DNA of 64,000 bases from Thermoplasmata archaeon (GTDB lineage Archaea; Thermoplasmatota; E2; JACPAO01; JAHFTW01). The notes below the pieces were generated by a model. That model did no database searches, was not told where the DNA came from, and was given only the letters and a program-made list of their open reading frames with translations. Shown one piece after another: positions 48,138 through 57,052 of the stretch (position 1 is its first letter; each line of letters opens with the position of its first letter). A program made the position numbers and the translations under genes. The stretch covers positions 1 to 64,000 of the forward strand of contig JAXDQS010000004.1 in assembly GCA_034667725.1 (NCBI GenBank), in the 5' to 3' direction.

Positions 48138-48947
48138 TCAGGCGGGCGGGCCGACGTTCGCGGTGAGCGTTTCCTTCTGCACGTCGTCCGACTCCCAGGT
48201 GTAGGTGCCGGGGATCTTCAGGATGAACGCGCCGGAGCTGGCCAGGCGGGCCACGACGATGTCGCCGACCTTGCTGCCGACGGGGCCGTTCTTGAGCGTG
48301 TAGGCGTGGTCGAGCACGTCGTCGTTCTTGACCTCCAGCGCGTCGCCGGCCACCAGGTCCACGGTGTTCTTGTCGAGCCCGCCGCCCGCGAAGTCGCCGG
48401 CGGCGTGGGTCACGATCTCGAGGGTGCCGGTGGTGGCGATGTCGGACACCTTGATGGGGACCTCGGCGCTCCAGTACTCCTTCTCGGGAAGCCCGTCGGC
48501 GTAGATGCGGGCATAGGCGCGCAGGTAGAACGTGCCCGGGGTCGTGAGGGTGAACGTCCCGTTGAAGGGGCCGGCGGCGGGGAGGTTCTGGTGCTCCTTG
48601 ACGGCCAGCTCCATGACGCCGTAGTCCTCCATCTTCTTGACCTGGTCCAGCGGCGTGGGGTGGTGCGCCAGGCGGACGCTGTTGTACATCGAGTGGCCGC
48701 CGGGGTAGCTGCCGTTGCTGACCGTCCAGGACACCTTTGCTTCAAGGTAGACGGTCGCGTTGTAGGACACGGCCCCCAGGGACACGGAGGGCGCCACCGG
48801 CTGCGGGCACAGGCTGGCCGGGTCCGCCGGCGCGTCGTCCGAAAGGGTCAGGATGGTGCCGTCCGGGCAGGCGAAGGTGTCATCCTGGGAGCCGGAGCAG
48901 CCGGCCAGGAGCAGGAGGGCCATGGCGACGGGGGCACCGAAGCGCAT
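48138..48947 (-). CDS. Hypothetical lipoprotein with a cupredoxin-like C-terminal domain
   Basis: Lipobox LAGC; GD..V.NDD...H...PGTY pattern lacking the Cys ligand. Confidence 0.6.
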   Translation of the reverse strand: MRFGAPVAMALLLLAGCSGSQDDTFACPDGTILTLSDDAPADPASLCPQPVAPSVSLGAVSYNATVYLEAKVSWTVSNGSYPGGHSMYNSVRLAHHPTPLDQVKKMEDYGVMELAVKEHQNLPAAGPFNGTFTLTTPGTFYLRAYARIYADGLPEKEYWSAEVPIKVSDIATTGTLEIVTHAAGDFAGGGLDKNTVDLVAGDALEVKNDDVLDHAYTLKNGPVGSKVGDIVVARLASSGAFILKIPGTYTWESDDVQKETLTANVGPPA

Positions 48948-49001
48948 CAGGGCGACGGACGCGGCCCAGGCAAAAGGCGTTCTGGATGGTGAGCTGGCCC
49001 C

Positions 49002-49307
49002 TCAGGGGTTCGGGACCGGGACGCACTGGCGGTCCTGCGGGGAGTCCAGGACGATGTAGTAGACGCAGACGCGGTCGAACTCGGTGCCGACGCAGGCGAA
49101 GGCGTACACGAAGCCGGTGGCCTGGTCCTGGACGAGGGCGTAGGGGCCGACGTTGCAGGGGTCGCTGTCGAAGACGCCGTCGGGGCCGTCGTTGCAGTCG
49201 ACGGCGACCGGGTTGGGGCGCTCGATGCAGGCGGCGGTGGCGTTCGGCACGGCGGCGAGGGCGGCGACGGAGGCAAGCAGGGCGGCGGTCAGCAAGGCGC
49301 GGTTCAT
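49002..49307 (-). CDS. Small secreted Cys-rich protein
   Basis: Signal peptide; six Cys. Confidence 0.55.
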   Translation of the reverse strand: MNRALLTAALLASVAALAAVPNATAACIERPNPVAVDCNDGPDGVFDSDPCNVGPYALVQDQATGFVYAFACVGTEFDRVCVYYIVLDSPQDRQCVPVPNP

Positions 49308-49442
49308 GGGTTCATCCTGGGGCAAGCCCCGCCAAGGAACAGGGTGGAGGCCAGAAGGGGCTTCCGGGCAGATGCTCGAAAGCACCTTGGGACCCCAGCC
49401 CTCGCATCAACGCTTATCCCGGCCGTCCTCGTCGGCGCCTCC

Positions 49443-50312
49443 GTGCAGACCGTGGCCGCCCCAGGCAGCGCGCGTGAGCCCCTCACCATCGCCCAGCTCG
49501 AGGAGAAGGCGCGGCTCCTGCGCATCGAGGTCCTGAAGATGACCTACGGCGCCGGCTCCGGCCACCCCGGCGGGTCGTTCTCGATGGCGGAGTTCCTGGT
49601 GGCGCTCTACTACAACAAAATGATGGTCGAGCCCCAGAACCCGAAGGACCCCGACCGCGACATCTTCATCCTCTCCAAGGGCCACTGCGCGCCCGGCCTG
49701 TACGCCGTGCTGGGCGACCTGGGCTTCTTCCCCAAGGCCGAGTTCACCAAGCTCCGCAAGTTCGGCGGCCTGCTGCAAGGCCACGCCGACCGCAAGATCC
49801 CCGGCATCGAGATGAGCACCGGCAGCCTCGGCATGGGCCTGGGGTACGGCAACGGCTGCGCCATCGTCAAGCGCATCGACAACAAGAAGGGCCGCGTCTA
49901 CGTGATCCTCGGCGACGGCGAGCTGCAGGAGGGCAACATCTGGGAGTCCGCGCTCACCTCCAGCCACCGCAAGCTCGACAACGTCTGCGTCATCGTGGAC
50001 GCCAACAAGATCCAGATCGACGGCTGGACCAAGGACGTCAAGGACGTCGGCGACATCAAGGCCAAGTTCGACGCCTTCGGCTTCTGGACCCGCAACGTCC
50101 CCGGCCACGACTTCCGCTCCATCCTCCAGGCGCTCGACGAGGCCGAGACCGTCGTCGGCCAGCCCCAATGCCTCGTCATGGACACCCAGAAGGGCCACGG
50201 CGTCACCTTCATGGTCGGCAAGCCCGAGTTCCACGGCCGCGCCCTCACCAAGGACGAGATGGTCCGCGCCATGGCGGAGCTGGGCGAGACCTGGGCCAAC
50301 GGAGGTGCCTGA
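49443..50312 (+). CDS. Transketolase N-terminal subunit
   Basis: SGHPGGS, LSKGH, STGSLG, GDGELQEG. Confidence 0.93.
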   Translation: MQTVAAPGSAREPLTIAQLEEKARLLRIEVLKMTYGAGSGHPGGSFSMAEFLVALYYNKMMVEPQNPKDPDRDIFILSKGHCAPGLYAVLGDLGFFPKAEFTKLRKFGGLLQGHADRKIPGIEMSTGSLGMGLGYGNGCAIVKRIDNKKGRVYVILGDGELQEGNIWESALTSSHRKLDNVCVIVDANKIQIDGWTKDVKDVGDIKAKFDAFGFWTRNVPGHDFRSILQALDEAETVVGQPQCLVMDTQKGHGVTFMVGKPEFHGRALTKDEMVRAMAELGETWANGGA

Positions 50313-51346
50313 TGTCCTCCCCCGCCCCCGCCGCCCCCGACCGCTGGCGCCCCGGCGACAAGGTCAGCATCCGCGACGGCTACGGCCGCGGGCTGCAGGA
50401 GATCGGGCGCACCCACGCCGACATCGTCGCGCTGGACGCCGACCTGGCCGAATCGACGCGCAGCCACTGGTTCGCCAAGGAGTTCCCGCACCGCTTCTAC
50501 CAGATGGGCATCAGCGAGCAGGACATGGTCGTCACCGCCGCCGGCATGGCGCACATGGGCAAGGTGCCGTTCGCCTCCTCGTTCGCCATCTTCCTCCAAC
50601 GCGGCTGGGAGCAGATCCGCAATTGCGTCGGCCGCCAGAACCTGAACGTCAAGTTCTGCGGCAGCCACGGCGGCCTCATGACCGGCCAGGACGGCAGCTC
50701 CGCCCACGCCCTCGAGGACGTCGGCGTCATGCGCACCCTGCCGCACATGGGCGTCGTGGCCCCCTGCGACGCCGTCGAGGCCAAGTCCGCCGTGCTCGCC
50801 ATGTACCTGCGCCCCGGCCCGGCCTACATGCGCAGCACCCGCGCCGCCGTGCCCGTGCTGTTCCCCGAGGACCACGAGTTCAAGTGGGGCAAGGGCCACG
50901 TGCTGGCCGACGGCGACGACGCCACCATCATCGCCAACGGCCCCCAGGTCAACGAGGGCCTCATGGCCGCCAAGGCGCTCAAGGAGAAGGGCCTGAGCGT
51001 CCGCGTCATCTCGATGGCGTCCATCAAGCCCATCGACCGCACCCTGATCGCCAAGGCCGGCCGCGAGACCGGCTTCGTCGTGTCCGCCGAGGACCACTTC
51101 ATCCACAACGGCCTCGGCTCCGCGGTCGCGGAGTGCCTCGCCGGCGAAGGGGTCGCGGCCAAGCTGTGGCGCGTCGGCGTCCAGGACGGCTTCACCCAGT
51201 CCGGCGACCCGAAGGACCTCTACCGCTACTATGGCGTGGACGCGCAGGCCATCGGCGAGACCGTCGTCCGCCTGCGCGACGGGTCGTTGCGGGCGCCGTT
51301 GGCGCCGCACGACCTCGTCGGGGCGGCGAGCGTTCGCCTCGCCTGA
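50312..51346 (+). CDS. Transketolase C-terminal subunit
   Basis: DADLAEST, GISEQDM, GQDGSSAH, SIKPID, AEDH. Confidence 0.93.
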   Translation: MSSPAPAAPDRWRPGDKVSIRDGYGRGLQEIGRTHADIVALDADLAESTRSHWFAKEFPHRFYQMGISEQDMVVTAAGMAHMGKVPFASSFAIFLQRGWEQIRNCVGRQNLNVKFCGSHGGLMTGQDGSSAHALEDVGVMRTLPHMGVVAPCDAVEAKSAVLAMYLRPGPAYMRSTRAAVPVLFPEDHEFKWGKGHVLADGDDATIIANGPQVNEGLMAAKALKEKGLSVRVISMASIKPIDRTLIAKAGRETGFVVSAEDHFIHNGLGSAVAECLAGEGVAAKLWRVGVQDGFTQSGDPKDLYRYYGVDAQAIGETVVRLRDGSLRAPLAPHDLVGAASVRLA

Positions 51347-51390
51347 ACCACGGATTCCACGGATCGCACGGAACGATTGGAATCCGTGGT
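51347..51390. repeat. Palindromic element with 9-nt periodic CACGGA units
   Basis: Perfect 13-bp inverted repeat ACCACGGATTCCA/TGGAATCCGTGGT between convergent genes. Confidence 0.65.
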
Positions 51391-51401
51391 CCCAATAGGC
51401 G

Positions 51402-51995
51402 TCAAGCCTTGTTGGGTTCCCAGAGGGTCTCGGCGCCGCCTTGCGCCTTCGCCGCCCACCGCGACCACACGAACAGCGCATCCGACAGGCGGTTGAGGTA
51501 GCGCACCTCGCGCTCCAGGCCGCCGGCCTCGCGCTGGAGGGTCACGGCGACCCGTTCGGCGCGGCGGCACACCGTGCGGGCGACGTGCAGCATGGCGTCG
51601 AGCCGGGTCCCGCCGGGCAGGACGAACGAGCGCAGCGCGGGCAGCTCGGCGGTGCGGGCGTCGATCTCTGCCTCCAGCCAGGCGACGTCGGCGTCGGTGG
51701 TGCGCGGCTGGCGCGGCCCGAGGTCGGCCGGCAGGGTGGCGAGGCAGGAGCCGAGGTTGAACAGCTGGTGCTCGATTCGCAGCAGCGTGGGGGCGAGCGC
51801 GGAAGTGGCGGCGTCGAGATGGCTGCGGACCATGCCGACCCAGGCGTTGAGCTCGTCCACGGTGCCGTAGGCCTCGATGCGCAGGTCGTCCTTCGGCACG
51901 CGCTGGCCGCCGACCAAGCCGGTGGCGCCGGCGTCACCCGTGCGGGTGTAGATGCGCGACAGCCCGACGCGGGGCTCCTGGAAGGGGTCGGCCAC
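51402..51995 (-). CDS. pduO: PduO-type cob(I)alamin adenosyltransferase
   Basis: IYTRTGDAG, AYGTVDELN, FVLPGG, CRRAER, YLNRLSD. Confidence 0.93.
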   Translation of the reverse strand: MADPFQEPRVGLSRIYTRTGDAGATGLVGGQRVPKDDLRIEAYGTVDELNAWVGMVRSHLDAATSALAPTLLRIEHQLFNLGSCLATLPADLGPRQPRTTDADVAWLEAEIDARTAELPALRSFVLPGGTRLDAMLHVARTVCRRAERVAVTLQREAGGLEREVRYLNRLSDALFVWSRWAAKAQGGAETLWEPNKA

Positions 51996-52010
51996 GGGGT
52001 TGGAGGGCGG

Positions 52011-52394
52011 TCAGGCCATAAGGGCAAGCCGGCACCGCTGCACGTCCCGCATCCGCTCCAGGGTGGCGTGCAGCGCCTGGATGCGGGCGGGAGGCCCGGC
52101 GACGATGAGGACGTCCATGCAGGTCTCCTGCTCGCAGTGGGTGTGCATCAGGGACAGGACGACGTCGTGGAAGGCGTGGCGGACTTCGCTGATGCGCGCC
52201 TCGGTGCCGTGCGGGTAGAGGATGGTGATGGAGCCGTGGAGGTGGCGGCCGGTGGCGGGGGCGTGGTGGCTGCCGAGGCGGTCGCGGGCGGCGGCGCGCA
52301 GGAACTCGCTGCGGCCCTTGTAGTCCCCCGTGGCGATGGCGCGGTCCATCTCCTCCAGGAGGTCTTCGGGGAGGCTGACGCTGACAACGGCCAT
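52011..52394 (-). CDS. NikR-family (RHH plus ACT) metal-responsive regulator
   Basis: VSVSLP..LL..MD...Y..RSEFLR; H...HTH...C ligands. Confidence 0.85.
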   Translation of the reverse strand: MAVVSVSLPEDLLEEMDRAIATGDYKGRSEFLRAAARDRLGSHHAPATGRHLHGSITILYPHGTEARISEVRHAFHDVVLSLMHTHCEQETCMDVLIVAGPPARIQALHATLERMRDVQRCRLALMA

Positions 52395-52416
52395 TGTGAG
52401 GCCCAGCCCGCCCGCA

Positions 52417-52444
52417 TTCATAATTCCTGGCAAGAAGCTATGAA
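52417..52444. promoter_or_regulatory. TTCATA-N16-TATGAA palindrome in the divergent promoter
   Basis: Inverted repeat overlapping both TATA-like elements. Confidence 0.5.
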
Positions 52445-52466
52445 GGATGGGCGGTGGGGCGGTGGC

Positions 52467-53348
52467 ATGCGCTGGGTTGCCCCCCTGTCCTGCCTGGTCC
52501 TGCTGTTGGCGGGATGCGCCAGCACCACCCCCGAGAACACCGTGGCCGCCGCCAACTACCCGGTGCAGTACCTGGCCGAGCGCATCGCGGGCGACCTGGT
52601 CCCCGTGCGCATCCTGACGCCCCCCGGCGTCGACCTGCACGAGTTCGAGCCCACCCTCCGCGAGATCCAGATCCTGCGTGAGAGCCGCGTGCTGGTGCTG
52701 CACGGCCTCGGCGTCGAGCCCTGGGTGGACCACGCCCTGGAGAGCCTGGGCAGCGCCGCGCCGCCGGTCATCCGGGCCGCGACCCTGCCGGCGGGCGAGT
52801 CGTTCCTGGAGCTGGAGGAGGACGGCGAGGTCGGCCGCGACCCGCACACCTGGCTCGACCCGCTGGCTTACATTGCCGAGGCCAAGGTCGTGCGCGACGG
52901 CCTGATGGAGGCGTTCCCCGAGCACGCCGCCGCCTTCGCCGAGCGTGCCGCGGTCCTCGTGGCCGACCTGGAGGCGCTGCACGCCGCCATGGCCGCCGGC
53001 CTCGCCCAGTGCGAGATCCGCACCGTCGTCACCAACCACGACGCCTACTCCTACTTCGCGCGCCGGTACGGCCTGGAGATCGTCAGCCTGCACGGCCTCG
53101 AGCCGGGCTCCCAGCCGGACCCCCAGTCGGTGCGCGACGTCATCGAGACCATCCGCGCCACGGACACGACGGTGCTGTTCGTCGAGGACGAGACCGACCC
53201 CGCCGCCGTGGCCTCCATCGTCGCGGAGACCCACATCGCCACCGGCGTGCTGCACGTGGCCGAGTCCCGCCACCCCACGCTCGACTACCTCGCCCTCCAG
53301 CGCGAGAACCTGGCCGCCTTGTCCGCGGCGCTCAGGTGCTCCGCTTGA
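52467..53348 (+). CDS. Zn/Mn ABC transporter solute-binding lipoprotein (ZnuA/TroA family)
   Basis: LAGC, DLHEFEP, DPHTWLDP, HDAYSYF. Confidence 0.9.
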   Translation: MRWVAPLSCLVLLLAGCASTTPENTVAAANYPVQYLAERIAGDLVPVRILTPPGVDLHEFEPTLREIQILRESRVLVLHGLGVEPWVDHALESLGSAAPPVIRAATLPAGESFLELEEDGEVGRDPHTWLDPLAYIAEAKVVRDGLMEAFPEHAAAFAERAAVLVADLEALHAAMAAGLAQCEIRTVVTNHDAYSYFARRYGLEIVSLHGLEPGSQPDPQSVRDVIETIRATDTTVLFVEDETDPAAVASIVAETHIATGVLHVAESRHPTLDYLALQRENLAALSAALRCSA

Positions 53349-54064
53349 CCTTGGCTATCGACGTCCGGGACGTGTGCGTCAACCTCGCCGGCCGCGAAAT
53401 CCTGCACGACGTCAACCTCCAGGTGCCGGCCGGCCAGCTGGTCGGCGTCCTGGGCCCGAACGGCGGCGGCAAGACCACGCTCCTGCGCGTCCTGGTGGGC
53501 TTGCAGGCCACGGACTGCGGCGAGGTCCGCATCCTAGGTGAGACACCGCGGGGCGCGCGCGGCCGCGTCGCCTACGTTCCGCAGAACGTGGCGCACGTCG
53601 AGGCGCGGTTCCCGGCCAACGTCCACGAGGTCGTCATGATGGCGCGCACCGGCAAGCGCGGCCTTTTGGCCCGCCCGGACGCGGCCGACCGCCAGGCCGT
53701 CGAGCAGGCCTTGGCGGAGGTGGGCGCGTGGGAGCTGCGCGACCGCGCCATCGGCCGCTTGTCCGGCGGCCAGCGCCAACGCGTGTTCCTGGCCCGCGCG
53801 CTTGCGCAGGAGCCGGAGCTGCTGCTCTTGGACGAGCCCTTGACCGGCGTGGACCGGGACGCGCGCGCCGACTTCCTGGGGATGCTGCGCCACCTGCACC
53901 GCGACCACCGCCTGACCGTGCTGATGGTGAGCCACGACGCCTCCGGGATGCGCCTGCTGGCCGACCGGTTCGTCGCCATCGAGACCCGCAAGGTGTTCGA
54001 CGGCCCGCCCGCCGCCTTCGAGGAGGCCGGCCACATCACCGAGCACCGGGGGCCGCACGCATGA
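53345..54064 (+). CDS. Zn/Mn ABC transporter ATPase (ZnuC-like)
   Basis: GPNGGGKTT, AYVPQ, LSGGQRQRVFLARAL. Confidence 0.92.
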   Translation: MTLAIDVRDVCVNLAGREILHDVNLQVPAGQLVGVLGPNGGGKTTLLRVLVGLQATDCGEVRILGETPRGARGRVAYVPQNVAHVEARFPANVHEVVMMARTGKRGLLARPDAADRQAVEQALAEVGAWELRDRAIGRLSGGQRQRVFLARALAQEPELLLLDEPLTGVDRDARADFLGMLRHLHRDHRLTVLMVSHDASGMRLLADRFVAIETRKVFDGPPAAFEEAGHITEHRGPHA

Positions 54065-54861
54065 CGTTCGAGCTGTTCCTGCAGGACCCTTACTTCCAGC
54101 GCATCCTGCTGACGGCCTTGGTGGTGGCCGCGACCGCCGCAGCGCTCGGCATCCACTTGGTGCTGCGCGGCCTCAGCCTGTTCGGGGACGGCGTGGCGCA
54201 CATCTCGTTCGCGGGGGTCGCCTTGGGCTTCGCGCTGGGCGTGCTGCCGTTGGCCAGCGCCATGGTGCTGAGCTGCGTCGGGGCGCTCGCGATCCAGGAG
54301 CTGCGGCGCCGGCAGCTGACGAAGGGCGACACCGCCATCGGCGTCATCTTCACCGCCAGCCTGGCGCTCGGCGTCGTGCTGCTGTCGCTGGGCGCCGGCC
54401 CGGGCGTCAGCCTAGACTCCTACCTGTTCGGCAACCTGCTGCTGGTGGGGGAGCAGGACTTCTGGATCGTGGTGGCCGTCGCCGTCGTGGTGCTGGCGAC
54501 CTTGGCGCTGCTGCATCGGGCGCTGTTCGCCTTGACCTTCGACGCCCAGGGGGCCGAGGTGCAGGGCCTGCCGGCGCGCGGCCTGGAGACGGTCCTGACC
54601 CTGCTGACGGCGGCCGCCATCGTGGTGGCCAGCCGGGTCGTGGGCGTGCTGCTGGTGTCGAGCCTGCTGGTGGTGCCGGCGGCCGCCGCGCTGCAATGGG
54701 CGCGGGGGTTCCGTCAGGCGATGGCGATCGCCATGGCGCTGGCGGTCGCGGTGACGGTCCTCGGCTTGGCGGTCTCGGCGGAGTTCGCGCTGCCGAGCGG
54801 GGCCACCATCGCGCTGGTCAGCAGCGCCTCGTTCGTGGTCGCGCTGGCGACCCGGCGCTGA
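54061..54861 (+). CDS. Zn/Mn ABC transporter permease (ZnuB-like)
   Basis: GDGVAHISFAG, YLFGN, VGVLLVSSLLVVP. Confidence 0.92.
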   Translation: MTFELFLQDPYFQRILLTALVVAATAAALGIHLVLRGLSLFGDGVAHISFAGVALGFALGVLPLASAMVLSCVGALAIQELRRRQLTKGDTAIGVIFTASLALGVVLLSLGAGPGVSLDSYLFGNLLLVGEQDFWIVVAVAVVVLATLALLHRALFALTFDAQGAEVQGLPARGLETVLTLLTAAAIVVASRVVGVLLVSSLLVVPAAAALQWARGFRQAMAIAMALAVAVTVLGLAVSAEFALPSGATIALVSSASFVVALATRR

Positions 54862-54900
54862 AAGGCAAGCCTCAAAGCCGCATCCCATGAATGGCCCTTC

Positions 54901-55230
54901 ATGGAAAGCGCCGCGCTGCTCCGGATGATCAGCGAGGGCACCCGCCACTCCCTGTTGCAGGAGCTTCGGTCGGGCGAGCGCACCGTGTCCGAGCTGGTGT
55001 CGTCGCTGGGCGGCGAGCAGAGCAACCTCAGCCACCACCTCGCGGTCTTGCGTGACGCAGGGCTGGTGGCGTGCCGGCGGGAGGGGCGCAACCAGCGCTA
55101 CCGGCTGGCGGACGTGGAGGTGGCGCGGCTGCTGGAGCAGGTGGAGCAGTTGGCGGCGCGGCTCGACCAGGTGGCCTACAGCGTTTCCCTGGGGCTCCCG
55201 GCTGGCCAGGCGTTCCATGGCTATGGGTGA
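54901..55230 (+). CDS. ArsR/SmtB transcriptional regulator
   Basis: VSELV...QSNLSHHLAVLRDAGLV..RREG. Confidence 0.88.
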   Translation: MESAALLRMISEGTRHSLLQELRSGERTVSELVSSLGGEQSNLSHHLAVLRDAGLVACRREGRNQRYRLADVEVARLLEQVEQLAARLDQVAYSVSLGLPAGQAFHGYG

Positions 55231-55302
55231 AGCCCGCTCCTATCAATATTCTATATAGACTACAGCCGCATCCGACTTCCTGTGCCCGCCCGCTCCCCCA
55301 AC

Positions 55303-56310
55303 ATGGAACTGAGGAAGCTGCAGGTCACCGGCGGCTCCACGCACGTCGTCAGCCTCCCCAAGAAGTGGATCGACCGCAACCGGCTCGGCCGCAGCGACAC
55401 CGTCGCCATCCACGAGGAGCCCGACGGCTCGCTCCTCTTGATTCCCCACAGCGAGGCCAAGGCCGAGACCCGCAGCCTCACCGTGGACCTGCCCGACGGC
55501 GTCCAGGCCGAGGAGGTCGTCCGCCGCCTGGTGGGCGCCTACCTCGCCGGCGCCGACGAGATCCAGGTCCGCATGGCCAGCCGCATGGACCCGAAAATCC
55601 GCCAAGTGGTCCGCGACACCAGCCGCAGCCTGGTCGGCGTCGAAGTCCTGGAGGAAGGCGCCCAGACCATGGTGCTGCAGGACCTCGTCGGGGTCGCCGA
55701 CATGGACCTCCGCAAGACCCTCACCCGGATGCAGCGCATCGCCCGCCTGATGTACGACGACGCCCTCAAGGCCTTCGAGGCCCGCGACATCGCGCTGGCC
55801 GGCGACGTCCGGCGCCGCGACGACGAGCTGGACCGCCTGCTGTGGATGGTCTCCAAGCAGATGCACGCCCTCCTGGAGCAGCCGCGCATCGCCGCCCGCC
55901 TCAACGTCCGCCCCGCCGAGGCACTGAACCTGTTCCTCGCCGCCCGCTCCCTGGAGCGCATGGGCGACCACGCCGCCAAGGTATGCGCCAACATCGGCGC
56001 CCTCGAAGGCCAGAAAGTCACCCCCGCCGTCATGGCCGCGTTCACCCAGCACGCCCAGCACGTCCGCACCATTTGGGACGACGCCTTCAGCTCCCTCAAG
56101 CGCCCCGACTTCGTGCAAGCCTCCCGGGCCGCCGACGCCGGCGAGGCCGCCGGCACCTGGCGCGGCGAGGTCTCCACCCTCATCAAGGGGCTCGCCCCCG
56201 AGGCCGTCGCCCCCCTGACCTTGATCGCGGACTCCTTGGACCGCACCCGCGGCTACGCCATCGACCTGGCGGAGACCGCGATGAACCAGACCTATCAGCA
56301 GATGGTGTGA
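55303..56310 (+). CDS. Archaeal AbrB-PhoU phosphate uptake regulator
   Basis: RKLQVTGGSTHVVSLPKKW plus PhoU repeats (DDELDRL, LERMGDHA). Confidence 0.9.
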   Translation: MELRKLQVTGGSTHVVSLPKKWIDRNRLGRSDTVAIHEEPDGSLLLIPHSEAKAETRSLTVDLPDGVQAEEVVRRLVGAYLAGADEIQVRMASRMDPKIRQVVRDTSRSLVGVEVLEEGAQTMVLQDLVGVADMDLRKTLTRMQRIARLMYDDALKAFEARDIALAGDVRRRDDELDRLLWMVSKQMHALLEQPRIAARLNVRPAEALNLFLAARSLERMGDHAAKVCANIGALEGQKVTPAVMAAFTQHAQHVRTIWDDAFSSLKRPDFVQASRAADAGEAAGTWRGEVSTLIKGLAPEAVAPLTLIADSLDRTRGYAIDLAETAMNQTYQQMV

Positions 56311-56391
56311 GGAAACCCTCGGGCGCAGCGAGGAGGGTTTCCGAGACGGTTGAGGCCCACGCCGCACCGGCGCGCGTGGGACGCCTCAACC
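56311..56391 (+). repeat. Two adjacent strong hairpins after the AbrB-PhoU stop codon
   Basis: GGAAACCCTC..GC-GCA-GC..GAGGGTTTCC and GGTTGAGGC...GCCTCAACC. Confidence 0.5.
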
Positions 56392-56447
56392 TGTAGCCCC
56401 GGTCCCAGGACCGAACGTTTTTCCGAAGGCCACCCTGGGCGCATCCC

Positions 56448-57047
56448 GTGGTCCGGACCACCATCTCGGAGGCCGTCTGCCCGGCGTGCAACGGCCAAGG
56501 CCTGGAATACACCGCCGAGCAGGTGGACCTGCCCTACATGGGGAACTCGCTCGAGACGCTGCTGCGCTGCGAGGCCTGCGGCTACCGGCACGCCGACTTC
56601 GTCCTCACCGAGCACCGCGAGCCGACCCGCTACATCTACGACGTGCGGCGCGCCGAGGACATGTCGGTGCGCGTCGTGCGCAGCGGCTCCGGCACCATCC
56701 GCATCCCGGAACTGGGCATCAGCATCGAGCCCGGTGTTGCCTCGGAGGCGTTCGTGTCGAACATCGAGGGCATCCTGGTGCGGGTCGAGCGCGTGCTGGA
56801 CCAGCTCGGCCGCGACGCCGAGGAGGAGTCCATGCGCACCCGCGTCATGGACTTGCAGGACACCTTGGGCGCGCTGCGCGTCGGCACCGGACCCCCCGTC
56901 ACGGTCATCCTGGAGGACCCGTTCGGCAACTCCGCCATCCTCGGGGAGGGCGCCCGCCACGAGCGCATCCCCCCCGAGGAGGCCGACCAGTTGAAGGTCG
57001 GGATGCTGGTCTACGACCCGGACGGCAAGCTCATCCGGGACGAGTAG
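56448..57047 (+). CDS. ZPR1 zinc-finger protein
   Basis: CPAC, CEACGYR, IPELG..IEPG, NIEG, LEDPFGNS. Confidence 0.92.
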   Translation: MVRTTISEAVCPACNGQGLEYTAEQVDLPYMGNSLETLLRCEACGYRHADFVLTEHREPTRYIYDVRRAEDMSVRVVRSGSGTIRIPELGISIEPGVASEAFVSNIEGILVRVERVLDQLGRDAEEESMRTRVMDLQDTLGALRVGTGPPVTVILEDPFGNSAILGEGARHERIPPEEADQLKVGMLVYDPDGKLIRDE

Positions 57048-57052
57048 CCCGG

